Source: Octopus sinensis
Taxonomy: Eukaryota
Direction of reading: 5' to 3'
Assembly (NCBI RefSeq): GCF_006345805.1
Contig: NW_021823739.1
Location: forward strand, 1-21,567
DNA length: 21,567 nt
Each line of letters opens with the position of its first letter. Position 1 is the stretch's first letter. Below are positions 1-8,530 of the stretch, piece by piece. The position numbers and the translations under genes were made by a program. The notes beneath the pieces are model-generated. The model made no database searches. It worked only from the letters and a program-made list of their open reading frames with translations, and was not told the DNA's origin.

Positions 1-34
1 ATTATCATTATTATCATTATTATTATTATTATTA
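1..34. repeat. (ATT)n/(ATC) microsatellite
   Basis: Direct reading: attatcattattatcattattattattattatt. Confidence 0.9.
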
Positions 35-435
35 GGCACAGGAGTGGCTGTGTGGTAAGTAGCTTGCTTACCAACCACATGGTTCCGGGTTCAGTCCCAC
101 AGCGTGGCACCTTGGGCAAGTGTCTTCTACTATAGCCTCGGGCCCACCAAAACTGTCTGAGTGGATTTGGTAGACGGAAACTGAAAGAAGCCCGTCGTAT
201 ATATGTATATATATATATATGTGTGTGTGTGTTTGTGTGTCTGTGTTTGTCCCTCTACCATCGCTTGACAACCGATGCTGGTGTGTTTACATCCCTGTAA
301 CTTAGCAGTTCGGCAAAAGAGACCAGTTGAATAAGTACTAGGCTTACAAAGAATAAGTCCTGGGGTTGATTTGCTCGACTAAAGGCGGTGCTCCAGCATG
401 GCTGCAGTCAAATGACTGAAACAAGTAAAAGAGTA
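35..435 (+). mobile_element. tRNA-derived SINE, family A (working label), full length
   Basis: Pol III A-box-like TGGCTGTGTGG and B-box-like GGTTCAGTCCC, CORE-like CCTTGGGCAAG, internal TA/TG microsatellite, 3' end GGCGGTGCTCCAGCATGG...GAAACAAGTAAAAGAGTA. Many homologous copies in this window. Confidence 0.9.
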
Positions 436-445
436 TTAACAAAAA

Positions 446-660
446 TGTGATGAGGCAGCAGAATCAATGGCAAACCAGGCTGAATGGTTAATGGCATTTC
501 ATCCGTCTTTGCGCTGAGTTCAAATTCTACGAAGACCGACTTTGCCTTTCGTCCATTCAGGGCCAATGAAAGAGATAACAGTTGAGCACTGGGGGTCGAC
601 GTAATCAACTTACCCCTCCCCCAAACTTGCCGGCCTTGTGCCAAAATCTGAAACCATTAT
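446..660 (+). mobile_element. SINE family B1, diverged copy 1
   Basis: GCAGAATC head, GAGTTCAAATTC B-box-like, GACTTTGCCTTTC core, GGCCTTGTGCCAAAA tail then ATT-rich stretch. Confidence 0.8.
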
Positions 661-697
661 CCTTATGACTATTATTATAATTTATTATTATCAAAAA

Positions 698-905
698 TGT
701 GACGAGCAGGCAGAATCGTAAGTACATCAGGCAAAATGCTTAGTGAGATTGCATCCGTCCAAACATTCTGTTGAGGTCGACTTTACCTTTCATCTTTTCA
801 GAGTTGATGAAATAAATACCAGGGGCGCACTGGGGTCGATGTAATTGACTAATCCCCTCACCTCAAATTTCAGACCTTGTGCTTATAATAAAAAGAATTA
901 TTATT
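698..905 (+). mobile_element. SINE family B1, copy 2
   Basis: Same motif order (GGCAGAATCG, GAGGTCGACTTT, CTGGGGTCGATGTAAT, CAGACCTTGTGC); B-box segment partly deleted. Confidence 0.8.
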
Positions 906-910
906 ATATA

Positions 911-1124
911 AGGCAGTGAGCTGGCAGAATAGTTAGCACGGTGGGTGAAATTCTTAGTGGCATTTCATCCGTCCGTACATTCTGGGTTCAAATTCTGCTG
1001 AGGTCGACTTCACCATTTATCCTTTCGGGGTCGATAAATTAAATACCAGTAGAGCACTGGGGTCGATGTAATCAACTAGCCCCCTCCCCTCAAATTTCAA
1101 GCCTTATGCCTATAACAGAAAGGA
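911..1124 (+). mobile_element. SINE family B1, copy 3 (best preserved)
   Basis: GGCAGTGAGCTGGCAGAATAG...GGGTTCAAATTC...CCTTTCGGGGTCGATAAATTAAATACCAG...CTGGGGTCGATGTAAT. Confidence 0.85.
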
Positions 1125-1284
1125 CACTGGACAAAACGCAGAGTGGCAGGTCTTCGAGTTTTATGTCGTGAGTTCAAATTCTGCCAAGATCAACACTTTG
1201 CCTTTCAGCTTTTTGAAGTTGAGTAGTGGGGTCGATGTAATCAACTTACCCCGACCCAAAAGCTGCTTACCTCGGAACCATTAA
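1125..1284 (+). mobile_element. SINE family B1, 5'-truncated, internally deleted copy 4
   Basis: GAGTTCAAATTCTGCC, CTTTGCCTTTCA, GGGGTCGATGTAATCAACTTACCCC. Confidence 0.7.
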
Positions 1285-1285
1285 A

Positions 1286-1500
1286 GCAGCCAGCTTGCAG
1301 AATCATCAGCACATCACCCAAAATGCTTTTGGCATTTCTTCCGGCTTTTTACATCTTGAATTTAAATGCCGTTGAGGTCGACTTTGCTTTCCATTTTGTG
1401 GGGCCAAAAAACTAGGTACCGGTCAAGTACTTGGGTTGATGTAATTGACTTTCTCTGCCTACAACTGCTGGCCTTGTGCCAAAATTAAAATTATTATAAC
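1286..1500 (+). mobile_element. SINE family B1, diverged copy 5
   Basis: GCAGAATC, GAGGTCGACTTTGC, TGATGTAATTGACT, GGCCTTGTGCCAAAATT then ATT tail. Confidence 0.75.
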
Positions 1501-1504
1501 TATC

Positions 1505-1630
1505 GCTTTTGGCAGAATTGTTAAAGAGAAAGTAAAAAAATACCTAGCGGTATTTCTTGTGACTAGTTACATTATAAGTTCACCAGGTTCGACTCCGCCT
1601 TTCATCCCTCAAGGGCCAACAATAAAATAA
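1505..1630 (+). mobile_element. SINE family B, degenerate 5' fragment (copy 6)
   Basis: TGGCAGAATTGTTA, CTAGCGGTATTTC, GACTCCGCCTTTCATCC. Confidence 0.6.
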
Positions 1631-1632
1631 CT

Positions 1633-1844
1633 ATTTCAAATTTTTGCCACAAGGACAACTTGGGGGAAGTAGGGATGAGTCAATTACATTGACCCCAGTG
1701 TTCAACTGGTACTTATTTGATCGACCCCAAAAGGATGAAAGGCAAAATCAACCTCAGGAGAATTTGAACTCAGAACATAGCGACGGGTGAAATACTGCTA
1801 AGCATTTCGTTGAGGGTGCTAATGACTCTGCCAGCTCACTGCTT
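1633..1844 (-). mobile_element. SINE family B1, inverted copy
   Basis: Reverse complement of B motifs: GACCCCAGTG, CGACCCCAAAAGGATGAAAGGC, GAATTTGAACTC, CTGCCAGCTCACTGC. Confidence 0.85.
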
Positions 1845-1934
1845 TAGTCAACAATAAAATAATGTACCAGTCGACTATTATGTTTTATCATCAATATCAA
1901 CTAGCCCCCACCCCCTCCCATTTCATGAAATTAC

Positions 1935-1973
1935 TGGCGTTAGGAAGGGCATCCAGCTGTAGAAACATTGCCA
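1935..1973 (+). mobile_element. Internal stub of family C
   Basis: TGGCGTTAGGAAGGGCATCCAGCTGTAGAAAC matches the family C copy at 17542-18103. Confidence 0.75.
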
Positions 1974-1976
1974 AAA

Positions 1977-2171
1977 TTAATGCTTTTTCATCCACTTTGT
2001 TTTGAACTAATCATGGATTATCTTGTAGCCATGAGATTTTGATGAGGTAGCTGTTAATTTTTAAAACGATATTGTAGGGCTGGTGTGAGAGACCAGATCT
2101 GGCCAGTTTGAACATAAAACAGGCAGAATGCTTTTGGCCGGATATGGCCGGTTTAAATGCTAAAGGGTTAA
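1977..2171. mobile_element. Probable right end of a non-autonomous DNA transposon/MITE
   Basis: Ends in AATGCTAAAGGGTTAA (reverse complement TTAACCCTTTAGCATT, a TTAA-CCC type terminus); internal CCAGATCTGGCCAG / CCGGATATGGCCGG repeats. No matching left end in the window. Confidence 0.45.
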
Positions 2172-2230
2172 AGGATGGTACTAATTTAGATTACTTTAAA
2201 ACAGGAAGTTTCTGGGACTAGAGGAAGTTT

Positions 2231-2577
2231 CATCATCATCATCATCATCGTTTAACTTCCGTTTTCCATGCTAGCATGGGTTGGACGGTTCAACTGGGGT
2301 CTGGGAAGCCAGCAGTCTGCACCAGGCTCCAGTCTGATCTGGCAGTGTTTCTACAGCTGGATGCCCTTCCTAACACCTACCACTCCGTGAGTGTAGTGAG
2401 TGCTTTTTACGTGCTGCCAGCACAGATGCCAGGGGAGGCTGGCAGCGGCCATGATCGGTTGGTGTTTTTTACGTGCCACCAGCTCAGAAGCCAGTCAAGG
2501 TGGCACTGGCATTGGCCACGTTCGGATGGTGCTTTTCGCATGCCACCGGCACAGGTATCACAACTGCAATTTCCATT
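2231..2577 (-). mobile_element. Family C retroelement (SINE-like, (ATG)n tail)
   Basis: (CAT)n tail at left, palindrome CCATGCTAGCATGG, GGATGCCCTTCCTAAC, internal TTTTACGTGCC modules. Confidence 0.85.
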
Positions 2578-2609
2578 ATATGAGTATAAAAACACTATTG
2601 TCCTCCCCT

Positions 2610-2783
2610 TCATCATCGTCATCATCATTTATTGTCTGTTGTCCATGCTGGAATGGGTTGGACGGTTCAACCAGGGTCAGGGAAGCCTGGAGGCTGCACC
2701 AGACTCCAATCTGATCTGGCAGTGTTTCTACAGCTGGATGCCCTTCCTAACGCCAACCACTCCGTGAGTGTAGTGGGTGCTTT
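2610..2783 (-). mobile_element. Family C, second shorter copy
   Basis: (CAT)n tail and ~170 bp closely matching 2231-2405. Confidence 0.85.
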
Positions 2784-2966
2784 GTTTTAGACGTCAAATC
2801 GCCATTACCATGAAGAGGCGATTTGACATCTATGTTTAGCATATAGGCTGTCCGCTTTTAGTGGTCAATCCTCTAAATTTTGTATGTAACATAATTTTTA
2901 ATCTTCGGATTTTTTAAATATGCTAAGCCACTGGTTTTAATTGATTAATATCAATTTCTACCCTTA

Positions 2967-3368
2967 TGTGTGGTAAGTAGCTTGCTAACCAACCACATGG
3001 TTCCGGGTTCAGTCCCACTGCATGGAATCTTGGGCAAGTGTCTTCTGCTATAGCCCCGGGCCGACCAATGCCTTGTGAGTGGATTTGGTAGATGGAAACT
3101 GGAAGAAGCCTGTCGTATATATGTATATATATGTATATGTATGTATGTGTATGTATGTGTATGTGTGTCTATGTTTGTACCCCTAGCATTGCTTGACAAC
3201 CAATGCTGGTGTGTTTATGTCCCCGTCACTTAGCGGTTCGGCAAAAGAGACCGGTAGAATAAGTACTGGGCTTACAAAGAATAAGTCCCGGGGTCGATTT
3301 GCTCGACTAAAGGCGGTGCTCCAGCAGGGCCGCTGTCAAATGACTGAAACATGTAAAAGAGTAAAGAG

Positions 3369-3370
<2 letters not shown>
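2967..3370 (+). mobile_element. SINE family A, lacking first ~15 nt
   Basis: Collinear with 35-435. Confidence 0.9.
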
Positions 3371-3416
<46 letters not shown>

Positions 3417-3419
3417 TTT

Positions 3420-3632
3420 ATGTGTCTCTTATGACTGTGTTTGTCCCCCCACCATTGCTTGACCACTGACGGTGTGTTTACGTCCCCGTAACTTAGTGGT
3501 TTGGCAATAGAGACCAATAGAATAAGACTTAGGCTTACAAACAGTAAGTACTAGGATTGATTTCTTAGACTAAAACCCTTTAAGGTGGTGCTCCAGTATG
3601 GCCACAGTCAAATGACTGAAATAAGAATAAAA

Positions 3633-3635
<3 letters not shown>
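3420..3635 (+). mobile_element. SINE family A, 3' half
   Basis: TGTTTGTCCCCC...GGTGGTGCTCCAGTATGGCCACAGTCAAATGACTGAAA; preceded by (TA)n(CA)n. Confidence 0.85.
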
Positions 3636-3700
<65 letters not shown>

Positions 3701-3739
3701 TCATCATCGTTTAGCGTCCGTTTTCCATGCTAGCATGGA

Positions 3740-3791
<52 letters not shown>
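3634..3791. repeat. (TA)n array interrupted by a 40-bp family C 3' stub (3699-3738, minus)
   Basis: Direct reading; stub is CATCATCATCGTTTAGCGTCCGTTTTCCATGCTAGCATGG. Confidence 0.85.
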
Positions 3792-3794
<3 letters not shown>

Positions 3795-4002
3795 TTTTAC
3801 TTGTTTCAGTCATTTGACTGTGGCCATGCTGGAGCACCGCCTTTAGTCAAGCAAATTGACCCCAGGACTTATTCTTTGTAAGCCTAGTACTTATTCTATC
3901 GGTCTCTTTCGTCGAGCTGCTAGGTTACAGGGATGTAAACACATCACCATCTGTTGTCAAGCGATGTTGGGGGGCGGGGGACAAACACAGACACACAAAC
4001 AT

Positions 4003-4057
<55 letters not shown>

Positions 4058-4223
4058 TACGACGAGCTTCTTTCAGTTTCCGTCTACCAAATCCACTCAC
4101 AAGGCTTTGGTCAGCCCAAGGCTATAGTAGAAGACACTTGCCCAAGGAGTCACGCAGTGGGACTGAACCCAGAACCATATGGTTAGTAAGCAAGCTACTT
4201 ACCACACAGCCACTCCTGCGCCT
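3792..4223 (-). mobile_element. SINE family A, full length, inverted
   Basis: Reverse complement of 35-435 end to end, finishing ACCACACAGCCACTCCTGCGCCT. Confidence 0.9.
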
Positions 4224-4243
4224 ATATATATATATATATATAT

Positions 4244-4352
4244 GATGGGCTTCTTTCAGTTTCCACCTTCCAAATCCAGTTATAAGGTTTTGCTTGGCCC
4301 AAGGCGCTGAACCCAGAACCATGTGGTTGGGAAGCAAACTTCTTACTACAGG
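4244..4352 (-). mobile_element. SINE family A, internally deleted 5' fragment
   Basis: GCTTCTTTCAGTTTCC...CTGAACCCAGAACCATGTGGTTGGGAAGCAA. Confidence 0.75.
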
Positions 4353-4359
4353 GCCATTT

Positions 4360-4568
4360 AGGGGTACGGGTCAAGTACCCACCTAAGTAATGGGTTCAAA
4401 TCCTGTTCAAGCTAGCCCTGACTTTAACCTTTCATCTGTCCAGAGGCCAACATAAAATCGGTCAAGAGGTCAACATAAAAGAAAGAACCTGTCATGTACT
4501 GAATCATGTGACCCATTGTGCCCAACCCCTAGGAATTTTCGACTTTGGGCCAACCTTTGAAAATTACT
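4360..4568 (+). mobile_element. Highly diverged B-like SINE relic
   Basis: GGGTTCAAATCC B-box-like, GACTTTAACCTTTCATC core-like, TTTGAAAATTA tail-like. Confidence 0.4.
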
Positions 4569-4699
4569 AAGTAGTAGTAGCAGCAGCAGCAGCAGCAGCA
4601 GCATATTGTACAGTGTGACTGCATGAAATCAAATACCTCAATACTTAAAAGGTTTGATGTGGGTGGGAGGGTGGGGCAGATGGGAAGAACTCTAATGTG

Positions 4700-4845
4700 T
4701 ACACACACACACACACACAGCAAACAAGACAGACACACATACATATGTAAACACACACACACACACACACACACACATCAAATGTATTGAAAGATTTAAC
4801 TAGTATATAAATAAATATAAACACATCATACACATCTTTATTACA

Positions 4846-4891
<46 letters not shown>

Positions 4892-4928
4892 GTATATATG
4901 TATATATATGTATATATATGTATATATA
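4700..4928. repeat. Compound (CA)n, (TA)n, (TATATATG)n microsatellites
   Basis: Direct reading. Confidence 0.85.
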
Positions 4929-4938
4929 CTTTTTAAAA

Positions 4939-4996
4939 TTTTATTTTATCTAGTTTCAGCTCACGAGCTGTGGCCATGCTGGGGCACCGCCATTTA
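4939..4996 (-). mobile_element. Isolated 3' tail related to family A
   Basis: Reverse complement reads GGCGGTGCCCCAGCATGGCCACAGCTCGTGAGCTGAAACTAGATAAAATAAAA. Confidence 0.7.
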
Positions 4997-5011
4997 AATA
5001 TCAACATCGCC

Positions 5012-5332
5012 AATATATATAATATATATATATATATACACACACACACCACACATATATATACACACACATATATATGCACATATATATAAACTTAAAT
5101 AAACTATATGTGTCAAACTTTAATAAATACATACACACATACACAAACACCTCTCTCTATATATACATACACACACACATATATATATATATACACAGAC
5201 ACACATATATATACACACACACAAACATATATACACACACACACAAACATATACACACACACACAAACATATATACACACACACATATATATACACACAC
5301 ATATATACACACACACACATATACACACATAT

Positions 5333-5382
<50 letters not shown>

Positions 5383-5385
5383 GTA
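5012..5385. repeat. Compound (CA)/(TA) microsatellite
   Basis: Direct reading; source of the overlapping H/T/Y/I and V/C/Y ORFs. Confidence 0.9.
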
Positions 5386-5576
5386 TGTCCATGTTAGAGT
5401 AAACAAGAGAAGAGGAAACGTTTAATGAGGTCGGGCAGTTTTAGAAAACAATTCTATTCCAGGATAAGAAAGAAATAAGTGCTAAAAAAGCTTTGTTGAT
5501 ATTCGTCTCACTGCCTGACACCACCGACACCACCACCACCGCCGCCGATGCACGGCTACACCTTTCAGTATACGGT

Positions 5577-6735
5577 TGCTAGAAATAGCAGCTAAACTGC
5601 CCTCAATTCGCAACCTGGTGCCTGTACAAAGAAAAGGCACATTGAATAATGAAGTCCTAGGTACACAATGTCTAAAATGGGATAGTCACTGTTGGAGCGA
5701 CTTTGATTAAGAGTTTGCTAGAAACAGCAGCTAAACTGCCCTCGATTCACAGCCGGATGTGTAAAAGAAAGAAAAGGCACATTGAATAATGAAGTCCAAG
5801 ATACACAATGTCTAAATGGGGTGGCCACGATTGGAGCAACTTTGATTAGAAGTTTGCTAGAAACAGCAGCTAAATTGCCCTCAGTTCGCAACCTGGTGGT
5901 CTGTACGAAGAAAAGTCACATTGAATAATGAAGTCCTAGGTACACAATGTCTGAAAGGGGATAGCCACGGTTAGAGCGACTTTGATTAGGAGTTTGCTAG
6001 AAACAGCAGCTAAACTGCCCTCGATTCACAGCTGGATGTGTAAAAAACGAAAAGGCACATTGGATAATTTAGTCCAAGATACACAATGTCTAAATGGGGT
6101 AGCCACGACTGGAGCGACTTTGATTAAGAGTTTGCTAGAAACAGCAGCCAAATCTCCCTCATTTCACAGGCCACCACCTGTAAAACAAGAAGCAGACGAA
6201 CGTAGTCCTAGATACACTATGCCTGAACAAAAAAGAAGGGTGGGTCACGACTGGAGTCCTTGTAGTTCTGCTCGGCTAGGCTTTAACAGGGGCTAAAACC
6301 GTAACGAAAGCATGAGGAACAAACGAGGGAGCCACTAGGCGCTCGCAATACCTGCAAGAAATGGCAACCAAATCGCCCTCATATCACGTATTTGCCGGAA
6401 CTAAATGAGACAGGGCACAATGGATGTTGTAGTCCAAGGAAGACTATGCCTGAGATGCCTGAAAAATAAAACCTAGGATCAAAAGTATCCCTGCTAAAAA
6501 CAACAGCCAAATCGCCTTCGTTTCACACCTTAAGTGTCTGGAAAAAGAAGGGGGACATTAGAGAACGTAGTCCTCGGTACACTGTGACTAAACAGGACAG
6601 CCACAACGGGAACACTTTTGATCGTAAGTTTTGCTAGAAACAACAGCCAAGTCTCCCTCGTAGCACACATTAACCGAATTAATCGAGGCAGGACAAAGTC
6701 GATGTAGTAGTCCACGCAATACTATGCCAGAAAAT
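5577..6735 (+). repeat. Tandem array of eight ~139-bp units
   Basis: Units start at TGCTAGAAA-like sites 5577, 5716, 5855, 5995, 6133, 6353, 6492, 6632 (spacings 139, 139, 140, 138, 220, 139, 140). Confidence 0.9.
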
Positions 6736-6755
6736 ATAATCTATGAATAAAACAC

Positions 6756-6882
6756 GATCCGGCCAGGACCATCCCATCTTTTATACAAACAATGCATTGT
6801 CATTCTCGGGGTATTTAAAAAAATTTTTCTTAAAGACAAGTGCAAAGATTTTAAGTTAAAAATGTGGCTGTTGTTTCTAGCA
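6756..6882 (-). repeat. Inverted diverged copy of the 139-bp unit
   Basis: TGTGGCTGTTGTTTCTAGCA and GGACCATCCCATCTTTT are reverse complements of the unit start and its GGGATAGTCAC-like segment. Confidence 0.7.
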
Positions 6883-6902
6883 ATTTCAGCAACCACACAG
6901 AC

Positions 6903-7530
6903 CAGCAGTTCCCAACCGGGGTCCGTATAAGATTAACATTTATGTACAATAAATTAGATTTCTGCAACACACAATTATTTTTTTTCCTTTTTTGAAAATA
7001 CAATTTCCTTATAAAATTTAATTATAGAAATATCATAATGTATGTATATATGTGTGTATATATATATAGTACAAAGTAAGATAGGGATTATGAAGGTAAC
7101 CCACTATATATATATATATTACCGTGACCGACCAGGCTATCAGATGTTACTACACATCGCTGGTCACAATGCGCTTCACATTGTTTTAGCCTTCAAACGA
7201 CGCCACCCCGCTGGCTAAGCGAGCAGGCCAATATATATATATATATATATGTTTCTTTATTACCCACAAGGGGCTAAACATAGAGGGGACAAACAAACGG
7301 ATTAAGTCGATTACATCGACCCAGTGCGTAACTGGTACTTAATTTTATCGACCCCTAAAGGATGAAAGGCAAAGTCGACCTCGGCGGAATTTGAACTCAG
7401 AACGCAACGGCAGACGAAATACGGCTACGCATTTCACCCGGCGTACATAGAATGGCTACGGAGGCCCAGGCGGGTAAAATAAAAATCTAAGGGATCTACA
7501 GGTAAAAACAAAAAGGGTTGAGAAACAGAG
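6903..7530. mobile_element. Possible degenerate hAT/Charlie-like MITE hosting later insertions
   Basis: Left CAGCAGTTCCCAACC and right GGTTGAGAAACAGAG each resemble the CAGTGGTTCTCAACC-type terminus (recalled), but match each other at only 9/15; no TSD found. Confidence 0.35.
7251..7444 (-). mobile_element. SINE family B2, solo copy
   Basis: B core and head plus alternative tail TTTCTTTATTACCCACAAGGGGCTAAACATAGAGGGGAC; tail abuts (AT)n. Confidence 0.9.
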
Positions 7531-7726
7531 GCACTCCCTCGTCAGCCCCACGACCGCCAACTATATTTCTGCATTTACCTGGCGAGGCCCCTACGATGAT
7601 TATACGGCGATGGGGCGGTGGCTACTGCCGAAGAGAAAAAGGGTGGAGGGCCTTTGTTGTTACTGCTACTGTTTTCGCTTGTTTAGGTTCCTTCCTCGTG
7701 GGACGGCTGGTGTCAAAATAACGGAC

Positions 7727-8110
7727 CAGGAATGTGTTGTCTTTAAGAAGCTTGCTTCCCAACCGCATGGTTCTCGGTTCAATCCTACCGCCCGACACCT
7801 TCGATATGTGTCTTCTAAAATAACCCCGGGGAACGTGTGTGGATTTGATAGAAGGAAACTGAAAGAAGCCTGTGGTGTGTGTGTGTGTGGGGGGAGACAC
7901 AGACAGACAAACAGATGTGTATGTATTTGTACCCCCACAACAGCTTGACAACCGGTGTTGGCTTGTTTACATCGCCGTCACTTAGCGGTTCGGCAAAAGT
8001 ACCCAACAGACTACATAAGCTTAAAAAATACTGGGGTCGATTTGTTTGACTAAATTCTTGAAGGTGGTGCCCCAGCATGGCCGCAGTCCAATGACTGAAA
8101 CAAGCAAAAG
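7727..8110 (+). mobile_element. SINE family A, older subfamily (A')
   Basis: AAGAAGCTTGCTTCCCAACC...GGTTCAATCC...GAAACTGAAAGAAGCC...GGTGGTGCCCCAGCATGGCCGCAGTC. Confidence 0.85.
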
Positions 8111-8149
8111 CTAAAATCCAAACACTCAACGTGCCTGATTCGATCGCCT

Positions 8150-8277
8150 TGCTAAAAACAATAGCTCATATCTCCCTCAGCTATACTATACAAGGAAGGT
8201 ATTGGTGCTCCAATAAATAAATAAACGCATTATACCAGGAAATGAGATGGAATAATCACGGTTGGAGCGCCATAGAT
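8150..8277 (+). repeat. Dispersed diverged copy of the 139-bp unit
   Basis: TGCTAAAAACAATAGCTCATATCTCCCTCAG and ATAATCACGGTTGGAGCG match unit start and end. Confidence 0.65.
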
Positions 8278-8447
8278 GCTATATTTGGTCCGTTGGGGGC
8301 TGACCAAGTAAAATATACAACGTACATACACACACACACACACACATTGGCCTTTTGCTTTGATGAATACTAATTGGAAAATTATGGTGTCTAATTAGAA
8401 CACAAAGCGAGAAATAATTGGGATAAAAGAACCAACAGTTAATTATG

Positions 8448-8530
8448 GCGACCCCAGTACCTGATGAGTCGCTCGTGGGTTCGCGGGTCCCTGATTTTGT
8501 CGAACCCCGGAAGAACGAAAGGCGAAGTGG
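8448..8530 (-). mobile_element. Diverged family B core relic
   Basis: CGACCCCAGTAC and GATTTTGTCGAACCCCGGAAGAACGAAAGGCGAAGT align to B (about 35/46 identities by eye). Confidence 0.55.

Noticed and set aside
35-110. tRNA gene calls for SINE heads
   Set aside because: A/B boxes are present but there is no complete cloverleaf, and each head continues into SINE body.
68-271. Recurrent short ORFs with PEAIVEDTCPR or GFSPTA-like peptides at several loci
   Set aside because: They are readings of SINE family A copies, not a protein family.
4572-4602. (TAG)n(CAG)n as a polyglutamine exon
   Set aside because: Short trinucleotide run at the tail of a SINE relic, with no splice context.
5077-5425. 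Overlapping H/T/Y/I and V/C/Y ORFs (also 9942-10592)
   Set aside because: Compound CA/TA microsatellites, open in most frames.
5982-6296. 104-aa ORF across array units 4-5
   Set aside because: Other units carry stops and frameshifts and the 139-bp period is not a multiple of 3.
6286-6297. AGGGGCTAAA shared between array unit 5 and the B2 tail
   Set aside because: Only 10 nt and in the opposite functional orientation; insufficient to claim a relationship.
5577-6735. CRISPR-like regular spacing
   Set aside because: Whole units are homologous with no unique spacers, and the context is eukaryotic.
7518-7721. 67-aa plus-strand ORF with a hydrophobic stretch (AFVVTATVFACLGSFLVG)
   Set aside because: TTG start inside a putative MITE end, no homology or supporting signals; chance is likely.
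8461-8520. Hammerhead-like CTGATGAG...GAAA
   Set aside because: Stem II does not close next to GAAA, stems I/III with an NUH site are missing, and the segment is explained as a B-family relic. An Infernal search with Rfam hammerhead models would settle it.
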